Shown: positions 31,501 through 43,246, counted from the stretch's first letter. The stretch: DNA of 64,000 nucleotides from Caecitellus pseudoparvulus (GCA_965644315.1 CBFFRQ010000090.1:62001-126000); one strand, 5' to 3'. Numbers and translations are program-made. Notes: generated by a model from the sequence alone, not told the origin.

Positions 31501-34500
31501 GATGCTTCCTCTCCCACGGTGGGACCCGGTGAGCTACCCTCCGCCTCCTCGTCCCCTCGCACCCTCGCCGCCTCCTGTGCTGCTGCAGCTGCCAGGACAT
31601 CAGCTGCACTGAAGCCCCCCAGCCCCCCCAGAGCCATGCCCGGCATGCTGCCGTGGCGTGAGAAGCTGCCTACACGCCCGGCTCCAGCTGCGAAGGACTT
31701 GACGCTGAGGAGCGCCGCACGGGACATTCGCTTGTTGCGGAACTGCTCCGTCCGCTTTGCCTGCCACTCGGCATCGGACATGGTGCGGGCATGGGCCCGC
31801 TGCCGTGCGATGGCCTCCACGACGCTAGGCGTCTCCTCTGAGCTGGACACATCGCTTGCCGCTCGCAGCTGCTCCATTTCTTGGTGGGTCACGATGCCAA
31901 AGTTGTGACGGGGGCGAGGTGGCGCGCCCTCGCCACTGGATTCTCCCCTGTCCCCGGTGTGCCCACCGCGTCCGTCCTCGTCGCCAGCCGCCGCCCCTGC
32001 TGCTGCTGTGGGCGATGGGCGGTGCGTGCTGAGGCGAGGTGGGCCAAACACGTCGCTGTACCGCCGAGAGGGCTCATCCTGCACGTTGCGTCGGAGCTTC
32101 AGCTGAGGTGCCATGGCCAGCAAGTCTACTCCCTTGTGCATCGGCTTCACCTCCCCCGCGCGACCAGAGCGGGCACTCGCAGCACCGCTGTCCCGCCCAT
32201 CGCTGGACGAGGGGCGGGGGGTCGTGGACGCCTCACCCTCCTCCTCTGCACCCCCCTGCTTGTCCGCATTGTGTGCGGTGGATGCTTGCCCCTCCCCGCT
32301 GGACACAGCGTCCGTTTCAGCCTGTTCCGGACTGGTGGCGAGTGGCGAGTCTGCGCCTTGCTCTGAAGCTCCAGCTGCTGGGTGTTCGGCGCCGATGGCC
32401 CCAACAGCGTCAGAGGATGACCCTGACAGCTTGACTGGCTGCCCACCACTCTCATCAGAGGTCTGCTCCCCGCTCTGCCGTGGGGGGCGCAGGGGGCTGC
32501 TGGAAAGCCGACTGCGCCGCCCGCTCACCGGAAAGGCTTCCAGTTGGCCCCCTCCCCTGGAGCCAGGTCGGGAGGGGCTCTCAGTTTCCCCCCCCTCCGC
32601 CACAGGGGACATGACGTGAAAAGGGGCAGCCAGCGGAAGTGAGTCCCTGCTCGCATCACTGCCAGCCTCAGACAGGGCCAGCTCAGTGTCATCCACACGG
32701 TGCAGGTCCAGGGGCTGCGGCGGCACACTGGCAGCCGCACTCTGCCCGGCCTCACTGCCCCCGTCGCCAGCTGCCTCGCCACTGCCTTCAGACGCACTCA
32801 ACGAGTCCCCTGCCACACTGCCTGACTTGTCCTCCTTCGATGCCTCCTCGGCCCTCGCTTTGGCCAGCAGGTCCCGCACCGACCGGGCCTTGCGCTTGGA
32901 ACGGATGACCATGGACGGCAGGCGAGCCATGGCGGGGTGGGCATCACCCGCAGGCTCGGTCGCCTGCTCCTGGGGTGCGGCTTGGGCCGAGGGGGCGCTG
33001 TCTTTGTCCTGCTCCGCCCCCGGCACACCCGCGGAGCGCCCTTCACTCTCCTCGTCCTCCCCGTCAAGGTCACCATCATCCACCAGCGCATCCACGTGGT
33101 CGTCCAGCGTGTCCAAAGTACCATCCCGGGCGGAAGACGCCTCCTCCGCAAAGGCCTCCAGGTCCTCCATCGCAAGCTTGGAGCCGCCCCGGTCCAGGCG
33201 ACGAGACCCCAGCTTGGCAATGAGTTGGTCAGCCGGAACAGGCGCTGGTGCATCTCGCCCGGCCTCGCTACCCTTAGGCCGCGGGGGCAACGCCCGACCC
33301 AGTGCCGCCCGAGGGCTGCCCGCCTTGCCAGAGCCCACTCGCTTCAGGCCCAGTTTCATTCGGGAGGCGGCCAAGGTGGAGAAGAAAACGCCGGAAGTGA
33401 TGCGTTTCATGCCCCGCCCCTTGCCCTCTGCAGCCTTGGCCAGCTCCAGGCGCAGGGTGGCTTCCTGCGCGTCTGTGAGCCCCAGAGCGGCAATGGCGCC
33501 CTCCACGTCCAAGGAGGGCTTGCGGCTGTGCCCGGACACGCCGCCCCCACTGCCTGTGCTGCGCATGCTGCCTGTGCGTTTCAGACGGGAAATCAGCTCC
33601 TCCGCCTTGACGGTGCCTTCCCGGTTGCCTTCAGCTGCTGTGTGTTTCAGGCGCTCGATGAGGGCGGCACGCATCTCCTCTGGCGTGGCTCCCGCGGCAG
33701 CCGCTGCAGGCGCGCCGGCGTCCCCCTGCAAGATCTCCCACTTCTCCTTGCCTTTCTGGGCGGCACGCATGCTCATGGTGCGCTTCACCTTTTTGTCGCG
33801 AGACAGCGAGGCAATGAGCTCTGACGCCGGCACGGCGCCGCCATGCTGCCGAGCCACTGCGCCGCCCACCCCCCCCGTCGCCTTGCTCCCCCTCCCGCTA
33901 CTCTTGTCAGAAGAGGAACCCTTATCCACAGAAGCACTGCCGTCGGACGCGCTGCGGGCGTGAGGCGCCCGGGCACTGCGCGCCTTGCCGGACTTGGGCA
34001 TGAGAGCGGCAATGAGCTCTTCCGCGGGCACTGCGCCAGAACTGGGCCGGCGGGGCGACTGCTTCAGCTGCTGCAGAATGGCAGAGCGCGCTTCCCCCGG
34101 CGTGAGCCCGGAGGAGCTGCCCACGGCAGCCTGCTGCGCCCGGGACTTGCCCGGCGTGCGCATGCTGCCGCCTCGCGGCATGGCCTTGCCCCCCCGCCCC
34201 CCCTGCAGTGCGGCCAGCAACTCCGCCGCTGGCACGGTGCCAGTGGAACCCTCCTTGCTGGCGTCCTTGAGGCGCTGCATGAGGGAGGCGTAAGCCTCCG
34301 CGCCCACGGCCGCCTCCACGTCCTCCTCGTTACGGAGAATTTGCATCTCAGGCACCCCCCGCCGCTTGCCCCGCCCCCGCCCCTCCTTCCGCAGCCGAGC
34401 CAGCAAGTCTGCTGCCTTCACTGTGCCACTGCCCTGCTCCGCGTCGGCAGCTCGCCCGGCCGCCATGGCCTTCTGGATGTAGGACCGCCCGTCGCCGCCG

Positions 34501-37500
34501 CCAACGGCGCCCGCATCACCGGTGTTGTACAGAGTCGGCTCCACGCCGCTGCGGCTGCTGCCTGTGCTGCGCATGCTGCCCGTGCGTTTCAGGCGCTCGA
34601 GAAGCTCCTCCGCCTTCACTGCGCCCTCCCGGTCTCCAGCTTCCCTCGCTTGCCGAATGCGCTCCAACGCGACCGCCCGCAGCGTCTCCTTAGAAGCGCC
34701 CTCCTTGCTGGCAGCCAGAGCCAGGGCGGCGGAGCCGACGTCAGAAATGACTCGTGGAACACTGCCTCCAGTGCTGTCGCCCCCCACACTGCCCCCATCG
34801 TCCAGGCGCATGGACCCCAGCTTGCGGAGCAGTGTATCTGCCCTCACTGCGCCTGAGGCTGCGCGTGTGGCTGTTCGATCTGAAGCCAGCAGCCGGCCGA
34901 TGATGGCGCTTCGGTCTTCTGCGGACACTGCAGACTGTGTCTCGTCTTCGTGGGCAGCACCTGGGCGGCCCATGTGTGCTGTGCTGCTTGACTCGGAGCC
35001 GTCGTCTGCGTCCTCCACGCTGAGGGCGCCCTCCACCTCCAGGTCAGCTTTGCCGGCACCTACCGATGCGCTGTCCCCTCCCACGCCACGGCTCTTGCTC
35101 GACCCAGCGTGCATGCTGCTGCTCATCACCGCCTTGGACCCCAGGCGGCGCAGGAGCACATCTGCTTTGATGGTGCCCTCGCCCCCACCCGCACGGGCTG
35201 ACGCCTTGAGTCGCTCCAGAATCCCCGCCCGTGCCTCGGCTTCGGGGTCCCTGGCTGTGCCTGAGCCCCCTCCACTTGCAGCAGCAGCTGCAGTCGAAGC
35301 ACTCGCACCGCTGGGTCGTGGCACAGGGGGCCGGCCTTCGCTTCGGCGCTTGGGGCGTGGCTTGCCTGCGCCCAGTGACTTCAGCAGGTCTGCCGCCTTC
35401 ACAGGTCCGCTCGATTCTCCTCCTTTGCTGCTGCTGCCTGCTGTGTGGCTGGCCACGCGCCGCATGCCCCCACTGCCTCGTCCACCGGCAGCTGCAGGCG
35501 GCTTGCCTGGCCTTGGAGAGCCCTTGCCTCCTTTCCTGCCTTTGTCGCCTTTGAGCTTGGAGATCAGTGCGTCGGCCTTCACTGCACTGCTGCCTGACTC
35601 ACCGCTGTCCACTGATGCCGTCATGCTTGACGAGCCCTCCAACGGCTTGCCCAGCTTGGCGGTGAGCCCCTTGCCCTTGCGGCCACCCCTCCCCTTGCCA
35701 CCTCGTTTGTCCGCACCCAGTGACTTCAGCAGGTCCGCCGCTTTCACAGGTCCGCCTTCTTCGCTGCCCTTGCTGCTGCTGCCTGCTGTGTGGCTTGCCA
35801 CGCGCCGCATGCCGCCGCCGCCTCCTCCACCAGCAGCAGCTGCAGGCGGCCTGCCGCCGCCCTTCCTGCCTTTGACTGCCTTGAGCTGGGCAATCAAGTC
35901 ACTTGCCTTGACGGCGCCCGGTGTGGACGTGTCCTGCACAGCCGGTGTTGAGGCAGAGCCCTTCAGCGGCTTGCCGAGTTTCGCAGTCAAGCCGCCCGTG
36001 CCTTTAGACCGGCCACTGCTGGTGCTGGACGCCTCCTCGTCCACGCCAAGCGACTTCAGGAGGTCTGCAGCTTTAACTGTCCCTGCTGCAGCACTCTCTT
36101 CCGCCCGGGCTGCTGCCATGGCAGCCCGCAGCGCATCCCCGCTATGGGACGCACTGGAGGCCTGAGCAGAGGCAGCCGCCACAGGCTTCGCCGCTGACGC
36201 TGTCCCACGATGGTCGGTGCGAGCTTTTGTGTGCTCAAAGTCCAGCTCATCTGACGTCACCGTCGCGTCTCGAGCAGGCGGCTTGTCCGTCGGGAGGAAG
36301 TCACGGCCTTGCACCCACGGGTGCAAGAACACCTGCTGGGCGGTCAGACGGGCCTCTGCGTCCCTGTTCAACATGCCCATCATCAAGTGAACCAAGGCAG
36401 TGGGCCACGGCTCCAGTGGCACAGTGTTGAAGGTCACAGGCCGCTGCTTGCTGGCTGCCTTGCGGCGTGCTTGCAGCGCAGCTGCCTCCTGTGCCCCAGG
36501 CCCTGCCCCAGCACCAGCCGCTGGCTCATCAGCTTCCCCCTCGCCATCAGGCTCGCGATCAAAGCTCAGCTGGCCCCCGAGGCCGCTCTCCGCAGCAGAC
36601 CGTGCCCCCTTTACTATGCTGGATAACGTATCAGCTCCGCCCTCCTCGTCGAAGTCGGAGTCTGAATCGTACGTAATTTCTACGTCCACTCCCCGTCGAC
36701 CCTTGCCGCCAATGTGGGCCACTGTGGGTGCAGCAGAGGCTTTGGGCCGGGGCTGCAGAGACTCAGGGATGCCCACCGGCAAATCAGGGCGTCCACCTGG
36801 AGTGCGCACATGGGCCCACTCCACCGCACGACCGATGCAGGCTGGGCTGGTGTGCCGGTCCCACTCGGGAGTGTGTTTCAGCACCTGCTGCATCAAAGCC
36901 TGCGCACTCGCGCCCTTGAAGGGATACTTTCCCGTCAGCATTACCCACAGTAACACTCCCATGGACCAGACGTCAACAGGGTACCCTCCATAGTCCCCGT
37001 ATGGCGGCTCAATCACCTCAGGAGCCATGTACTCTGGCGACCCAACTCGCTGCTTGAAGCGGCGATGTCTCAAAGTGAGCTCACCTGCTGGCGTGGTGAG
37101 AGGGTTGCCACTGGGAATGTCCACACGAGTTGCCGTGCCGAAGTCCCCCAGCTTCACGCAGCGCCCAGCCAAGTCTGGCGGCAAGGACAGCTCCTCACCG
37201 TCTGGCCCAACAGGCGGAGAAACGTCGTGCAGCAGCTGGTCATGGCGGTACTTTGTGTCCAGCGCCTGCCCCTCGCGCTCCGCGTTTGCCAGCAGGATGT
37301 TCTCGGCCTTGACGTTGCGGTGAGCGATGCCACACGCATGCGCGTAGTACACTCCCAGCGCCACTTGCCGAAAAACCACCCGAGCCATGGCCAACGGCAA
37401 GTGGTGCACCTTGCGAAGGAAAGCAAAAAGTGACCCACCCATGCCCAGCTCCATGACAATGTGCACTCCTCTGTGTGACTCGAATGTGTCAATGAGCTGC

Positions 37501-38058
37501 GCCACGTGGCCCAGCCCGTCGGCCAAGCCCGGAAGCGGACGAAGCGGTGCGGTCAAGCACGCCATGGACAGCACCTCGTCTTTGCAGGTGCGCAGCGCCC
37601 CCCGCTCCTTCAAGCGGCCTTTGCTGTACACCTTCATGGCTACTTTGGGTCCTGCAGGCAGGGGTTTGCCTGTGGCGGTTTTGGTTGCGCCAGCAGAATT
37701 CTCGCCCGAAAACCCAGGGAAGCCAGGTCGCTCTCCAGCCGAGCCGACGAGCGGCACAGCCTTCCACACCTTCGTGAACTTGCCCTGGCCCAGAATCTGC
37801 ACAGGAGAAGGTGTGCGCACCCTGTGCACCAGCGCCGGGACTCCACGCTCTCCCCAGCAACAGCAGCCAGTCCAGACGCGTGTAACTCCCTCAGCATCGC
37901 ACGCGACACGGCGTTTCACGCACCCGGTCTGTCGCGAACAGCGCATCAGGGGCACCCTCACGCCTGAACTTGAACGATGCACTGTCCAAGACACACCCCT
38001 GTGCGTCCCTGACATCTCCGTCCATCCCGCCGCCGGCACTCGGGCTGGCAGCTGCCAT
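28593..38058 (-). CDS. Giant (~3100 aa) CAMK-group Ser/Thr kinase-like protein, probable pseudokinase (HRN), with long repeat-bearing disordered tail
   Basis: Exon 1 from ATG 38058 (MAAASPSAGGG...LFATDR), intron 37797-37923, then ILGQGKFTKV, VAMK, KDEV, HIVMELGMGGSLF, HRNVKAENILL, VKLGDFG, VGSPEYMAPE and DVWSMGVLLWVMLTGKYPF. After a long insert: RLTAQQVFLHPW. Confidence 0.88.
33200..36090 (-). repeat. About 14 dispersed copies of the protein motif G-[TAP]-V-[KPR]-A-x-[DE]-L-[LI]-x-x-L, including a ~345-nt tandem duplication (approx. 35370-36060)
   Basis: Visible in translation. DNA blocks such as cccagtgacttcagcaggtc (35371 and 35716) and ctgcctgtgctgcgcatgctgcc (~33550 and ~34558) recur. 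Confidence 0.85.
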
Positions 38059-38362
38059 GGCTGCTCGCTCCTGCTCTGGCGTCCACTGGCGTGTCGGCCA
38101 AGCTGTCCCGTGCCACACCTGCCGCACGGCTCCCAATTGATCTGCCGGGCAAGCGCGTTGCTGGCGATATCAAGCTGGACAATTTTGGGATTCTGGTGAA
38201 ATCGTTGCTCCAATTTCTGCCTTCGTAGATACATTGAAATTGAAGCAACTTGCGCCATGTCCAAAGGAAAGGTAGGCAAAAAGCCTGGCGGCACAACCTG
38301 CTTGCACAGGCACAAGGGTGTTGTGTATGGACTGGCGTAGTGCTGCATTCAGGACGATCCGG

Positions 38363-41300
38363 TCAAATTGGCTCATACGCGCCAGTGACGGTGCGCCTTT
38401 CGCGCCGGCAGTACACGTATGCCACTCCCATCAATACCAAACCACCAACAACACCACCAGCGATTCCAAAGATCGTTCCCAGATCTGCTGGGGGCTTTTC
38501 AGGCTTGTGGCTGCCGTGGGCAGTGTCATCGTCGTTGCCAGGCATGTCGTCATTGCCAGGCATGTCGTCGTCACCACCAGTGGAGGAGGAGTGCAAGGGT
38601 AGGGGCTCGTACACGACACCCTGGCCCACTACGGGGTTCTGAGCACACAGCGTGTTGGGGGCACACTTGGCCACCACCACTACCCAGTGATGCCCGCGTA
38701 CTCGTGAAATGTCGGCCTCTGGGAGCGTTCCAGAGAAGCTGATCTGACCCCGCTCCACCAGCACATAGTCTGCCAGCACACTGTACAGCTGCTCCATGAC
38801 TTGCAGATAGCCACAGTACGACCCCTGCTGCAGCACAGCCAGTTGCTCCGGCGAAATGGCGTCCTTTGCAATCAGAGCGATGCTGAAGGTCAAGCCCTCG
38901 TCGATGGGCAGCATGACAGGCTTCGAGGTGGAGCCCTGACTCACAATCATGGACGGAAACTCCACCTTGGCGAAAAGAGAGGTCTGAGTAACTGTCGATT
39001 CCAGCACTGTGCGGTTTGACACGCCCAAATACCCTGCACCTGCATCCCCCATCATCACTCGTGCGCGGGCGTGCCCCCGTCCAGGCACCCCATGCGCACC
39101 TTCCACCATCGCAGCAACAAGGCCCCTGTGCGAAGCACCCGATGCCTTGTTCGGCATCGCGATCAAGACCTCAGCTGAAGCTGGACCCGCAGCAGCGTCC
39201 ACCACGATCACCTCGTCGGGTGTCTGCACACTCCAAGGCGTGCCAACAGACGCACCACACGAACTCGTTGGCCCCGCCACGCACAAAGGTACCTTCACCG
39301 ACCCAGCACACGCCTCAACACGCACACGCACTGTGCCACTGCCCACGCTAGACAAGTACGGATCCGCAAACACCGTCCATGGATCCACCTGCGGCGTGAG
39401 GGAGCTGCCCCGCAAGACACGCGATTCAGCGCCGTTCGGAGCAGGCAAGGCCAGCTGGACAGCTGTCGTGTGCGATTGGTTCTGCTGGAAATGGGCAGGT
39501 GACACTTGCTGTGGGACAGAGGAATGCAGTCGCACCTCCACTCCCACTGGTTCCAGGGCTCGAATCTTGGCAGATGGCTCGTTCAAGGAGAACAGAAGCA
39601 CAAACACGTTCACGAAGCAGCTGGCGCCGGGAGTGGAGACGCCCTTGCAGAAGCTATGTGGGAGTGGCGCAATGGGGCCCCATGAGAACATGTCCCCCAC
39701 CGCGCTTCCCTGGACCTTGCTGGAACCACCTCCGATGGGTGGAATGGGGAAGCGCAGGTCCGTGCTGCAGGCCTCCTGCTGCGCTCCTGGACCACACACG
39801 TCGTAGCTGATGGCGATTACGGATGCCCCTGGACCGATGGACACACGACCAGCATCCAGCTCTTCCTCCATCCATAATGCAAGCCCTGGATGCTGCTCAG
39901 CGACCTCTGGCAGCAAGCTGCGCAGGCGCTCCTCCGCATCATTCGCTTCAGACATGCTGCTGCTTGCCGTGTAGGCGCCCACACTGGAGTCCTGGGGGAA
40001 ATTCATGCATCCCGACGTGCGGCACTGCATGTTGACGCTGAGGTACTGACTTGTCCGGTTCGCCAGAGGCATGTCCGCTGCCCACGCACTCGCCGGCACT
40101 GGCACGGTCAACCAGGTATGCGGGCCAATGACGCTCCCGTGGTCATGACAGGTGCCGTCGGCGTTGTGGTGCGAGCATACTCGCTCAAACGGCATGTACG
40201 CCTGCACAACTGGATCATGCACACTCGCAGCTGGCACAGTGGCGCTGGAGTACACCAGCAGCGTCAGCGGCTGGGAAGGCGCAACGTCCTGACCAGCCTC
40301 CACTACCAGCACAGTCCACAACCCAGCCTTGTAGTCAGCTGCGTCGCACTTCATGCCCCCAACTGCACATGGCTCGTTGGCACTCACGAAGAGCCCGTGA
40401 TACCCATGGAAGCCCAGCTGGTTCTCGTTGGGGGGGAGCAGCCCAACCATGCAGGAGTCCACCTTCACAGGTTTGCCTGGCGGAATCAAACACATGACAG
40501 GCGAGTACGCCTCCCTTGCGCGGGACACCTGCACAGTCAAGTTTTGACTCGCATCAGGCAGGTAGAACTGCGCCAGTGAAAAGGTGTTGTTCTCCAAACC
40601 TGTGCCGGCGGGCGGCGCGCTCATTGGCAAGGCAGCTGTCCCCAGCACCATCTGCACTGGGTGCACCTGATACCCCGCCATGATCGTGAACGGCGCCCCC
40701 ACTCCACTGCCCCCGCTGCCACTGACGTATGCAGCCACCGTCCAGTTGGCGCTGGGGGCACCCTGCATGCATGCGTCCACTGTTGTCACCACCACATGCC
40801 TCTGGCCGTGTGGCACGAGCAAGTTGCACTTCCCTGTGTTTTTTGGCCCAGGCAGCGTCGTCGGATCGCCGGGCACATACCTGTTGGTCAGGTACAGGCT
40901 CACTGTGACGCCTGGCGTGGAGTCCCCCCAACTCAAGGCGAAGTTGCCCAAGGTTGCCATGGCGTCAGCAGGCACGTCAGGGCGCAGCGAAAAGTACTGG
41001 GGCGCGCCACCAGCCGCCAGCACAGAGGACAGTGACACACCCGGCAAGAGCTGAGTGATGCTTGGCTCAGAGCCACTGTCGCGCGCCGTGGAAGCTGACA
41101 GGTACACGTCCGCGCCGCCTGGGCATGGTGTTGTCAAGGTAACCAGCCAGCCGACGTCAGCTGCAGCTGGGGGCGGCACCTGCACATGGTCCACGCCGAA
41201 ACCGTGCAAGATGCTCCATGTGAACGATGCTGAAGACGGCCAAGTAGCCTTGTTTGCGGGGGCTGCTCCAGCGTCAATGTAGGCGTCAACTTTGCAGTTT

Positions 41301-41575
41301 GCGGAGGATGCGGATAGCAGCGCGCTGAGGAGATCCTGGACGGCGACGCCGTGGGGAGGAGCGATCCACACGTGGACTGGTGCATCTGGGGGGACTTGCA
41401 CGAGGGTTTGACCGGAATCAGCGTCGATGGAAGTCCAGGGGTCCGCGAGCTGTCGGTCAGTTTCAACGTGCTGTAGGTCAGCCGCACTTGCGCTTTGCCG
41501 CTGGGCGTTCGACAGGCTCGCCGACACGGCAAGAACAAGCCATGACAGCAAGGTGAACAAGAATGCTTGAGTCAT
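38363..41575 (-). CDS. Type I membrane protein (signal peptide, ~1000-aa Cys-containing ectodomain, one TM, short tail ending YEPI)
   Basis: MTQAFLFTLLSWLVLAVSA signal peptide at ATG 41575; PPC-like beta strands (GADVYLS); TM IFGIAGGVVGGLVLMGVAYVYC followed by RRERR and AYEPI*. Short GNDDMP repeat near 38525-38575. Confidence 0.8.
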   Translation of the reverse strand: MTQAFLFTLLSWLVLAVSASLSNAQRQSASAADLQHVETDRQLADPWTSIDADSGQTLVQVPPDAPVHVWIAPPHGVAVQDLLSALLSASSANCKVDAYIDAGAAPANKATWPSSASFTWSILHGFGVDHVQVPPPAAADVGWLVTLTTPCPGGADVYLSASTARDSGSEPSITQLLPGVSLSSVLAAGGAPQYFSLRPDVPADAMATLGNFALSWGDSTPGVTVSLYLTNRYVPGDPTTLPGPKNTGKCNLLVPHGQRHVVVTTVDACMQGAPSANWTVAAYVSGSGGSGVGAPFTIMAGYQVHPVQMVLGTAALPMSAPPAGTGLENNTFSLAQFYLPDASQNLTVQVSRAREAYSPVMCLIPPGKPVKVDSCMVGLLPPNENQLGFHGYHGLFVSANEPCAVGGMKCDAADYKAGLWTVLVVEAGQDVAPSQPLTLLVYSSATVPAASVHDPVVQAYMPFERVCSHHNADGTCHDHGSVIGPHTWLTVPVPASAWAADMPLANRTSQYLSVNMQCRTSGCMNFPQDSSVGAYTASSSMSEANDAEERLRSLLPEVAEQHPGLALWMEEELDAGRVSIGPGASVIAISYDVCGPGAQQEACSTDLRFPIPPIGGGSSKVQGSAVGDMFSWGPIAPLPHSFCKGVSTPGASCFVNVFVLLFSLNEPSAKIRALEPVGVEVRLHSSVPQQVSPAHFQQNQSHTTAVQLALPAPNGAESRVLRGSSLTPQVDPWTVFADPYLSSVGSGTVRVRVEACAGSVKVPLCVAGPTSSCGASVGTPWSVQTPDEVIVVDAAAGPASAEVLIAMPNKASGASHRGLVAAMVEGAHGVPGRGHARARVMMGDAGAGYLGVSNRTVLESTVTQTSLFAKVEFPSMIVSQGSTSKPVMLPIDEGLTFSIALIAKDAISPEQLAVLQQGSYCGYLQVMEQLYSVLADYVLVERGQISFSGTLPEADISRVRGHHWVVVVAKCAPNTLCAQNPVVGQGVVYEPLPLHSSSTGGDDDMPGNDDMPGNDDDTAHGSHKPEKPPADLGTIFGIAGGVVGGLVLMGVAYVYCRRERRTVTGAYEPI

Positions 41576-42044
41576 TGGTACGATAGTCCTGTTCGGGGGC
41601 TTGCTCAGCTTGCAATACGGGACACCTCGGAACTTGCGGAGTAGTGCAACTTTGTCGGCTGAGAATGAGTGCGCCACTTACGACCAACGCGGCCGAGATG
41701 CCACGGGCGAAGAAATACCGATGAGGATACAGCGCTGTTGTGTGGAAATGTGAGATGTTGTTGAATTTGATTCAGATCTGGCGCACTGCCCTCAGGTTTG
41801 TGTCGCTGCCATGCAGCAAGCGTGAGGGGGGTGCCGCTGCGGAAATCGACCCCCCTTGACAACCAACCCACACCCGCCGTGCGTCAAGAACGCGACGATA
41901 CCTACTCCCCTCGCCATGAAAAAATAAAAATATCAGTAGACAAATCGTAGGCCCCGTCACTGGTCAGCATTTCTCTCGGCTTCCCTTGCACAACGGCGCA
42001 CTAGGCTTACGGAATTCCGCTGCACCTCATCCGCATCGCTCACA

Positions 42045-43216
42045 ATGGCCGCTTCCACTGGCACTGCCTCTGCACACACTGTCACTGTCCCAAGTGACTT
42101 GAAGGATGGTGTTAAGTTGCAGTCTGGGCAGAACATGCCCATCGTCGGCCTCGGGTGCGTCCAGGACCGCTGCCCCAACACGCCGCAATTGATCATGCTC
42201 ACCCCGCCACCACGCTGGACCTGCCCAGGACGTGGATGTCTCCCGCTGGCAAGGTGGAGGAGGCTGTGTACACCGCTCTGAAGGAAGGCTACCGCCACAT
42301 CGACTGTGCGGCAGTGTACGGAAACGAGGCAGAGGTTGGCAGCGGCTTGAAGCGCGCCTTCGACGAAGGCCTCGTCAAGCGCGAGGATGTGTGGATCACC
42401 TCCAAGCTGTGGATTGACCACTACAAGCCCGAGGACGTGCCCACAGCCATTGACAAGACCCTTGCTGACCTGGGTCTGGATTACGTTGACCTGTACCTCG
42501 TGCACTGGCCATTCTTCGTGCAGAAGGGTGAGCACGGCCGTCCACCTCTCTGCCCTAGCACCCCTGCACACACTCCTGCCACCCCCACAGGTGCCAAGAT
42601 GCCTCTGGATGACGAACAGATCGTGGGGTACGATGCCGCTCTGTACGCGTCTACGTGGGAAGCCATGGAGGCCGTGGCTGCCTCGGGCAAGGCGAAGAAC
42701 ATCGGCGTCAGCAACATGACGGTGGCCAAGCTGGAGACACTGCTGAAGACGGCCAAGGTTGTCCCTGCAGTGAACCAAGTGGAGCTGCACCCCATCCACC
42801 CTCAGACGGAACTGGTGCAGTGGTGCATGGAGCACGGCATCGCCATGACGGCGTACTCGCCCCTGGGCAACCCTGGCCGCCCCGACTACATCCAGCCGTC
42901 CAAGGGCAAGGAGGCCGCCCCGGTGCCCATGGAGGCGCCCGAGGTGAAGGCCGTTGCTGAGCGCCTGGGGAAGAGCCCTGCCCAGGTCCTCATCCGCTGG
43001 AGCATGCAGCGTGGCGTCATCGTCATCCCCAAGTCCGTCACTCCCTCTCGCATTGCCGCGAACTTTGCCGTCTGGGACTTTGCGCTCACGGACGAGGACA
43101 TGCAGGCCCTGGCGACCCTGCGCTCTGACACGCGCCTGGTGGATGCTGGGTTCTTCGCCAAGACTGGGCAGGCCGTGCACGAGATGTGGGACGAGCCTGC
43201 GCCCGCTTCGCAATAG
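42045..43216 (+). CDS. Aldo-keto reductase (AKR1A/alcohol dehydrogenase NADP+-like), 3 exons
   Basis: Introns approx. 42155-42228 and 42528-42590. MPIVGLG-TW, GYRHIDCAAVYGNE, ITSKLW, DLYLVHWP, IGVSN, NQVELHP, AYSPLG and VIPKS. Confidence 0.95.
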
Positions 43217-43246
43217 GCGAGAGTGCTTCGACGCCTGCCGGCAAAT

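Noticed and set aside
41680-42040. AT-richer patches (also ~44150-44300) as possible endogenous virus, transposon or ncRNA
   Set aside because: Short, located between divergent genes, and without terminal repeats, viral ORFs or a recognisable RNA structure. Most consistent with promoters.
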